A stretch of DNA of 64,000 bases from a virus, in IMG/VR virus record IMGVR_UViG_3300044797_000308, positions 5,850-69,849 of that record; one strand, written 5' to 3'. Shown piece after piece: positions 58,401 through 64,000 of the stretch. How positions within the stretch are numbered: position 1 is the first letter of the stretch; each line of letters begins with the position of its first letter. The notes under the pieces are model-generated. The model made no database searches, was not told the origin of the DNA, and saw only the letters and a list, made by a program, of their open reading frames with translations. The position numbers and the translations under genes are program-made.

Positions 58401-61315
58401 TATCTGCTATTTATCCCATCAACTATGGTCTCTGTGTGGATGATGGTGGCGATTTAGTAACTATTGTATTGACAGATTATGACGCTGTTAATGGTACGCC
58501 TAACGCACCTAATAGAGTGGTCACTGTTAATAACGTAGTGTCTTCTACTTCATACCAAATAGATTCCGCCACCTTCTCTTACATCTTGAACGATCGAAAA
58601 GATTTAACGCTACTTTATATCGTTACTGCTGTTGTTAGTGGTACCGGAACCGGCGCAACCACTGCTATTACTATCCGTGATGTGAGAAGATTTGCCAAGG
58701 ATTCCGATTCCAGTATTCCGGCTGTTCTTACCAATGATAAGTCGCAGGGTAATTTCCTGACTTTTGCATCCGCTATTACCTGGCTCGAGTTCAACAGTGA
58801 CTTCCAAAACACTTTACAAATCAAAGGCGCTTATACTATTGCCACTGATCCTGGCTTGAACTCCGCAATCTTTATCGAAGGAGCAAGCGCTATTGCCTCT
58901 TTGACTTTTAGCTCCAATGTAGTTATGTCGGAAGTGACATTTGAGAACCTTACCCTAGTTTTCAACGGCATCTTAAACGCTACTAATGTTACTTTCACCA
59001 ATTGTAATATTACTTTCAATGGCGCCACTACTTTTACTGGTGTTGTTATCGATCCATCTACTGTTGCCGTGAATGCCTTGATTGTAACCGGGCAATCTTC
59101 TTTCTTAAACTCTACATTTAATGTCCCCATAACCGTAGCTTTTTCTTTGGAAAGTGACAGTACTTTTGTGGGCAATACCTTTAATTACTCAGCCAATCCA
59201 GTAGGAGACGGCTATTATCGAACGGGTGATTTAGTCAATTCTGGTAAGGCTATGATGTATAGTGATGTATCAAGTACCTTGACTAATTTAACTATCACTG
59301 GCAATACTTTCAATACTGCTTTAACAGATCATTACGCCTTTCTTAGCTTGCAATTGTCTACCCAGTCGGCTATTGTGCAAAACGCCAATATTTCTAACAA
59401 CCAGTTTATTAGTTCAGCCACTTCTGATGATCATAGGGCGGTGATTGCCATCACTTCCACCGTGACTACTCTTGCATTCAACCCTCCTATTTGGCCTTTG
59501 TATCCAACCGTAGTGGATATGCACATCGATAATAATTTATGCAATTACGATCAGATGATTTTGTTTTCCACAGATCGTGTTCCAGGCACCGCCATTAATG
59601 GTGCTATGATAGTTGCTACCAATTGTAGTATTAGCAGAAATACCTGTGGCACTATCGGTTTTATTACGGCAGAAAGTCAGACATCGGATTCTGATGATTC
59701 TAATCCAGCCAATGGTGGTTTCGTTAGAAACAAAAAAGGTCAATTAGTGATCGAAGGTAATGCATGCAAGTTTATTTCTAATATTGATTCCTTGGGAGAC
59801 TATATTGCCTTTTATCCCGTCTTTTCAGGCACGCCCACTGCTTGGGTAACGGCGGGTACCGGCCCATGTGCCATCATCAATAACACGGCCAACTGGATTT
59901 CAGTAGGTGCTTGTGCGGGCGGAACTAATGATGGTATGCTAATTTCTGGCAACAGATTGAGCCCTAATAATTCGTCTTACCTCAGCTTGTATGCGGACAC
60001 GCCACAAAGTGGTTGGACGCCAGATAATGTCGGTATTTTGCTCCGAGGAGAAACTGTTGGTTCTGGCACTCAGTTTGGTGGTTTTACTAATAGTATTATT
60101 ACGGGAAACACTATCTCTCAAAATTACACCCGCATTGTTAGTGGTGGAGGGGGAGCTAATATCTATTACTATGCGGCTGCCATTGCGTGTTACAATAATG
60201 CTCTTATTACTAACAATTCTATTTGTGGCGTCATTAATTCTAGCACTACACCAATAATATTCTTATGGGGAACCAATGCCGGCTCTTTTGCCCCAAGAAT
60301 TAGAGTGTCAGATAATATACTAAGCAGACTTGATATCATATATATGACTACCAATAATATACAGGCCTATGTGGCTGGACCAACAGTTAGTCCTATCAAT
60401 CCCGTTAGTATTGTTAATAATAGTTTTGATACTCAGTGGGTAGATAATGCTAATACTAATAATCAAACCGGCCTCAATATTCCAGATTTTTGGGAATTTA
60501 GAAATAACACTAATCAAACTTTCTATGTTGAATTCCCCTTGGTAGATGACTCGGCTATGTTGAGCGTTGGTATTTCAGGTGGCGTGCCAGGTCCACCAAC
60601 ATCGGGTGTTGGGGTAGTTGGTGGAGTTACGCCACAAGGTGTTATTTTGACTACCGGTACAAATGGAGTTAATTTCGAGAGAGTACTTAATCTTGCGTCT
60701 GGAAGTACTTTTATTCCTAATACTCAGTATACGGTTATCGCCGATTTGCAAAATTCGAGCCCAGAAGTTACTGCGTTTGGCAAGACTTTCAGTTTAGATC
60801 AAAAAATACCTCCAAATTGTAAACTAACTAATGTGGCAATAGGTTTGGGTATGATTACCCCCACTTTGTCAACATCGCCATTTCAACAGGCCTTGAATTG
60901 GAATCAGATTTCGTCCGAAACTGGTAGTACCTGGAACTGTATGACATTGACCTTAATGAAATATTCCCCCACCAATAATAATCAAACTTTCGGTTCTGTC
61001 TTAGATGTTTTTGCCAATGTTTCGTATGATGGTTCTACTAGCCCGCCTTCTGTTGTTGGTGACCCTACACAAGAAGGAAATTTGATTTACAATATCTTTG
61101 TTCCTAACTCTACGGTAGGTGGTAGTCAAACTGCCGAGACTGCTTGGAGAACAAGCACACAATACGCTATTATTCCAATAAGCTCGTTTGATTATCGCAC
61201 TGGTCAAAGTTACAGAATAGCTATCTCAGTAGATGCAAGCTTCTTGAAATCTACTAATGCTGCGGCGTACTTATGTCTATCGCCTGTGGTTGTGACCTGT
61301 GTGTATGGAGCTTAA
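55403..61315 (+). CDS. Large baseplate/fibre protein with beta-helix region
   Basis: 1970 aa; MSNYP...D...N...DAI.NIE..LG N-terminus typical of phage tail proteins; parallel beta-helix repeats (ITGNTF, ISNNQF, ISGNRL). Confidence 0.65.
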   Translation: MSNYPYDYDDDASLPPVNDNIDQIGSEAINAARDAIINIEMALGTNIAGVMPNLADRLGIFINPDGTPNASIIYNLGLVTLPVTNTQIAEAAGIPESKLTLDFPTLSLYNYIRDLSNNVNTALGWQSVSGSKLEPHLIGLIYRHDLAQIDVAEVSSQFLNNVFRANRDNTNSYTLINDMNNELLAHQWADGSPFGTGANITTNNGSEYSSYYAHVASGIFLDTSRFVVIPETATDVQSFAEFFDSSSILALGTRVQNLYANGISVNSASSSLTTDGYGSPVVPVTPAIAFLRGDGNSSIPVDDIAIGDDIIQFMPTDDGYSFDEQFALVRPGDIVRVNYANDGYFVEVPYVISEKKYIQGSTSAFSTFIVRILGKNIAYAPNALARIDRPLFNNNKYGVLSTAGVNSPNYPNPPSLIIGTARGAECTGINFSPDQFNETHYLLHLALYPDGNPLDGYTFLPGIDVTGNQGTTPGSYTLDGIVDSTNIAFRQAGYNYRFIAFHFQGQFGIMIADSYNNASFSVVSGVVSPLGVYDPTNTAVNFPNNVIDVFPSNGSTAPDPLGFGPFNANLASPPFLTSYGSAQSALFPTILFAPLKRNNYYVNGAERETFNLDVGQALDMYGDGYWVATVTGASANAGPPGHMVVSYNIPLDLSASNLKSGKTIVVQQVPGGPNLGLVNYGRFIIQSVTFSCCPPVETQIVVYDGVHAQGSTPYPVLAVGSQVAIYFDNDSVSFDAETATDFSPVSATFKRFFEVYVDSNGNTYTHERGRLSISSPTLVNGIPLYTSVPSIAQLDIVSISPKLRGYQFASVTKITLSLASYNPVTGLFTGNLASYNGVSFTNAGPVTTGRIGEVTRFYDVSNIDYIDIIFDFGNTVPVLTNQYIDFQLFPSLQLDEEIMVLASCQQRTDTNAVSQFTDLRQFGNTSEQQLTTSALDYIALPERLLHFNGVIRGFDATIVSGGYGSDALLSLTGGLALVNGSFEAVNNQIFTIPPLQESYLSAIYPINYGLCVDDGGDLVTIVLTDYDAVNGTPNAPNRVVTVNNVVSSTSYQIDSATFSYILNDRKDLTLLYIVTAVVSGTGTGATTAITIRDVRRFAKDSDSSIPAVLTNDKSQGNFLTFASAITWLEFNSDFQNTLQIKGAYTIATDPGLNSAIFIEGASAIASLTFSSNVVMSEVTFENLTLVFNGILNATNVTFTNCNITFNGATTFTGVVIDPSTVAVNALIVTGQSSFLNSTFNVPITVAFSLESDSTFVGNTFNYSANPVGDGYYRTGDLVNSGKAMMYSDVSSTLTNLTITGNTFNTALTDHYAFLSLQLSTQSAIVQNANISNNQFISSATSDDHRAVIAITSTVTTLAFNPPIWPLYPTVVDMHIDNNLCNYDQMILFSTDRVPGTAINGAMIVATNCSISRNTCGTIGFITAESQTSDSDDSNPANGGFVRNKKGQLVIEGNACKFISNIDSLGDYIAFYPVFSGTPTAWVTAGTGPCAIINNTANWISVGACAGGTNDGMLISGNRLSPNNSSYLSLYADTPQSGWTPDNVGILLRGETVGSGTQFGGFTNSIITGNTISQNYTRIVSGGGGANIYYYAAAIACYNNALITNNSICGVINSSTTPIIFLWGTNAGSFAPRIRVSDNILSRLDIIYMTTNNIQAYVAGPTVSPINPVSIVNNSFDTQWVDNANTNNQTGLNIPDFWEFRNNTNQTFYVEFPLVDDSAMLSVGISGGVPGPPTSGVGVVGGVTPQGVILTTGTNGVNFERVLNLASGSTFIPNTQYTVIADLQNSSPEVTAFGKTFSLDQKIPPNCKLTNVAIGLGMITPTLSTSPFQQALNWNQISSETGSTWNCMTLTLMKYSPTNNNQTFGSVLDVFANVSYDGSTSPPSVVGDPTQEGNLIYNIFVPNSTVGGSQTAETAWRTSTQYAIIPISSFDYRTGQSYRIAISVDASFLKSTNAAAYLCLSPVVVTCVYGA

Positions 61316-62142
61316 TGAGTTCTAACAACTTTTTCAAATCGGATCTTTTCGGAATATACAACATCGTTCAAGCTTCGATGATTGTCTATCCCAAAGAAAT
61401 TATCATAGCCACCTTGCGAGATTTTTTTTCGCAGGATAGCTATTATCATTTTTCCAAAGACCAATGGGGTTTTCCTAATACCACAGACCATACTGATTTG
61501 CCACCAGGAGCGGATTTGCCCTATGGACCAGGTTCCCACCCACAGCTCAATCCTAATCCAGTATTACCCACTCGTCTTTTCATCGGTGAAAATTATAGAT
61601 ATGACAGCATTTTCTATCCTGCTATTCTGGTGAAAAGCGGTGGAACACGTTATGTCCCCATCTCTATCAATCGCAATCAAGGCGAAATTAAATATGATAA
61701 AAAAATATACACCGATGGTTACGGCAATGAAACCATTGTACGCACTCCGGTTTCTTTTCTAACAGCTGGGGCTTGGGAGGGCTCTATTATGGTAGATATA
61801 ATGACCAGAAGTTTGCGAGCCCGTGATGATTTGGTAGAATTGGTGGGTATGTGCTTTACCGAAGTTCATTTTGAGACTTTACATCAAATAGGAATAATTG
61901 TCAAGCCTATCTCGATTAGCGGACCTTCCGAGACAGACGATCGAAATGATAAGTTGTTTAGGCAAACTCTCACATTAGATATAAGAACGGAATGGAAAAG
62001 AGAAATTCCTATTGGTAATACCATCGATGCCATTCTTTTCACAGCTAGTTTCGCAGATTTGTCCAAACCAGATAGCCCAGTAGCCGCGAACCTAACTATT
62101 AATACAGAGGTTAGCATTGCAGATATGCTAATAAAACTGTAA
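61315..62142 (+). CDS. Putative tail completion/terminator protein
   Basis: YPAILVK...DI.TRS...RD.L.E pattern; immediately upstream of the sheath gene. Confidence 0.55.
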   Translation: MSSNNFFKSDLFGIYNIVQASMIVYPKEIIIATLRDFFSQDSYYHFSKDQWGFPNTTDHTDLPPGADLPYGPGSHPQLNPNPVLPTRLFIGENYRYDSIFYPAILVKSGGTRYVPISINRNQGEIKYDKKIYTDGYGNETIVRTPVSFLTAGAWEGSIMVDIMTRSLRARDDLVELVGMCFTEVHFETLHQIGIIVKPISISGPSETDDRNDKLFRQTLTLDIRTEWKREIPIGNTIDAILFTASFADLSKPDSPVAANLTINTEVSIADMLIKL

Positions 62143-62226
62143 AATACTGGAATAGGACGGGTTCAAAATAGAAAGTTTAAGGCTCAGCAGTTAATAAAAT
62201 ATGCTAATAGGGCCTCCAAGGATAGC

Positions 62227-62240
62227 AATATTACTACATT
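62227..62240 (+). promoter_or_regulatory. Putative late promoter AATA-N6-CATT
   Basis: AATAttactaCATT upstream of the sheath gene. Confidence 0.6.
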
Positions 62241-62280
62241 TTAGTAATGCAATCCACAAATCGAGTGAGAAGGATTTAAC

Positions 62281-64000
62281 ATGGCAAACATACCAGGAGC
62301 TACAAACGCACTTCCAGGCGTATTTACAGACGTCATAACACAGTCTAGTGGTGTTGCGATACCTGGAGGCTCTAGAGTCACGGCTATGATTGGCCAAGGC
62401 ACAACTCAGCAAACCATCATTTCCCAAGCTATCGGTGGCGGTGTAGACGGATTAGATCCAACTTTTACAACCAGTACTGGTGCGGATGGTCGACATTTCA
62501 TCATCAACAACGCTCCTCTAATTCAAAATCGTACTACCGTTTTCAAGAACGGTGTCCCTCTAGTTCTACTGGAGCTCGGCCCTATTACCCCCACTACTAC
62601 TTTTAGTTTCAGTTATGACGCTCAGCTAGATCCAACCACGGGCGATCTTCTTTTGCAAGCTGCCCACATCGAAAATCAGGGTGGTGCATTCTACATCCCA
62701 CTCAACACTAACGTCGGCTTAGGTTCTATCAATAGCTTGCAGCTATTAGACCAAGATGCTCCACCAGAAACCTGGACCATTCGTTGTGTCGGTGTTCAAA
62801 GAAACGCTATGAACCAACCAATCGGTGGCACTGCTCAGTTCGAGGCATTTGGTTCTGTGTCTGGTTCTCCGCTAGATGCTAATGGCAATCCAATCATTTG
62901 GGTGGCTAACGGTCAAGTGGTCAGCAACGGTATCCTCAGCTTCTCTATCACCGAAACTACAGTGTCCTCCGTGGTTGTTTCCCCATTCCGTCAAGGCGAT
63001 GGTTTTACTATTATCGTGCAAAGCGGAGTTTTAGTTCGTGGAGACACCTTAACTTCTACTCAAATTCCACAAGCTAATATTAACGCTCCCACACTTTGTT
63101 TGGGCATTACTGACGTGTTCAATCTCTGTGGCGCAGCCAGCGTTACTAACAACTTGGCTTTGGGTGGTCAGCTCTTTTTTGCTAATAACGCTTCCTCTCT
63201 AATTGCTTTGCAAGCAGCCCCTCCTCTCCCAAGAAGAACCTCTTATGTTTTGGATCCAAGTGTAGATTCTACTTCCAAAAATCCAGACGATTATATTTTC
63301 CCCTTCCCACTAGGAGTTGTGCCAGCTATTGGTGATGATATCCACGTGTTCGTAACCAATCCAGCTACCCAAGTGGAAAGTCAACTTCTACCTAACCAAT
63401 ATCCTTTCTACACCATCAGTACTCCACAAAATCCAATCTTCGGAGCCCCTTCTGAACCTGAGTTTATTTTCAGTCCTCAACAACCACCTGGTGGATATTC
63501 TTACAGCTACAGCGTGGTTAATGGATATGAAGTTACTTTCACCCAATTCGACGGATACATCGCTAGATTACCAGCCTTCCAAACACAGGCCCTTTTCTCC
63601 TCCGCCTCTATTGAATTCGACAATACTTTCGTTGGTCAATTACTACAAACATTCGATCCTAAGAATGCGGCCAACAATGGTATCTTCAACATCACAGCCG
63701 TTTCTAACGGGCAACTATCTATTCAGACTATTACCACTGGTGAACCTGGCGATCCAATTCCATTCGAGAGTACTTCTGGATTCCCAGATTTTACCTCTGA
63801 AAATCCTGTGACTTTCGAGCTCATTTATGTTCCAACTGGACTTCCAGCGACTGGTGGCGATGGTACAGATGGTACTTTGATCGCTTTCTTGAATACTGCT
63901 ACTGCTACCTTAACTAGCAGTCAGGTGGATTTCAGCGATTTTGCAGCCATCACACAAGATTATAGATTACAAATCAATGGTTCTGTGGCTGTCAATCCTA
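62281..64000 (+). CDS. Tail sheath protein (3'-truncated, absent from ORF track)
   Basis: Hand translation is open to the window end: MANIPGATNALPGVFTDVITQSSG...AMIGQG and LALGGQLFFANNA, typical of sheath N-terminal domains; RBS GAAGGA. Confidence 0.8.
   Translation, partial: MANIPGATNALPGVFTDVITQSSGVAIPGGSRVTAMIGQGTTQQTIISQAIGGGVDGLDPTFTTSTGADGRHFIINNAPLIQNRTTVFKNGVPLVLLELGPITPTTTFSFSYDAQLDPTTGDLLLQAAHIENQGGAFYIPLNTNVGLGSINSLQLLDQDAPPETWTIRCVGVQRNAMNQPIGGTAQFEAFGSVSGSPLDANGNPIIWVANGQVVSNGILSFSITETTVSSVVVSPFRQGDGFTIIVQSGVLVRGDTLTSTQIPQANINAPTLCLGITDVFNLCGAASVTNNLALGGQLFFANNASSLIALQAAPPLPRRTSYVLDPSVDSTSKNPDDYIFPFPLGVVPAIGDDIHVFVTNPATQVESQLLPNQYPFYTISTPQNPIFGAPSEPEFIFSPQQPPGGYSYSYSVVNGYEVTFTQFDGYIARLPAFQTQALFSSASIEFDNTFVGQLLQTFDPKNAANNGIFNITAVSNGQLSIQTITTGEPGDPIPFESTSGFPDFTSENPVTFELIYVPTGLPATGGDGTDGTLIAFLNTATATLTSSQVDFSDFAAITQDYRLQINGSVAVNP

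Noticed and set aside
148-63811. Numerous short antisense and alternative-frame ORFs in the supplied track
   Set aside because: They lie inside longer motif-bearing genes, lack RBS and look like shadows of biased codon usage.
1-64000. CRISPR array, tRNA or rRNA genes
   Set aside because: No regularly spaced identical repeats or cloverleaf/rRNA signatures seen; intergenic gaps are short. A covariance search was not run.
1-64000. Stop-codon reassignment as in some large phages
   Set aside because: Genes tile densely in the standard code, and TGA and TAG both terminate genes at sensible boundaries.
1-64000. Eukaryotic giant virus or cellular contractile injection system
   Set aside because: SD-led overlapping operons, sigma70 promoter, peptidoglycan enzymes and portal-protease-HK97 capsid plus sheath indicate a tailed bacteriophage.

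Overview
The window is a contiguous piece of the virion-morphogenesis region of a large (jumbo-type) contractile-tailed dsDNA bacteriophage read in the standard code. In order it holds: portal (5'-truncated), putative head-internal proteins, a 1227-aa prohead protease/scaffold, two paralogous decoration-like proteins, a putative ejection-protein operon, the major capsid protein, modular Thr/Ala/Gly-rich fibre-like proteins, neck/tail-completion genes, two holin-like membrane proteins, a 1970-aa baseplate/fibre protein and the start of the tail sheath. Ten free-standing homing endonucleases (3 GIY-YIG, 4 LAGLIDADG, 3 HNH-type) and several accessory proteins are interspersed: SLT lysin, Tyr/dual-specificity phosphatase, RelA/SpoT-like synthetase, CCA-adding enzyme, patatin, cold-shock protein, 2H phosphoesterase and HExxH peptidase. 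The most unusual pattern is two nearly complementary protein-level codes. (1) The tripeptide Asp-Gly-Tyr occurs 21 times, with varied codons, only in 10 predicted virion-exterior proteins, which suggests an undescribed modification or docking sequon. (2) Hydrophobic-x-K-x-A sites plus a shared helical leader motif mark the predicted head-internal proteins, which suggests a maturation-cleavage and capsid-targeting system. Three promoter classes are also visible: AATA-N6-CAT(A/T) before structural operons, GATATAT before endonucleases, and canonical sigma70 sites. All functional calls are by-eye motif recognition; no database searches were run.
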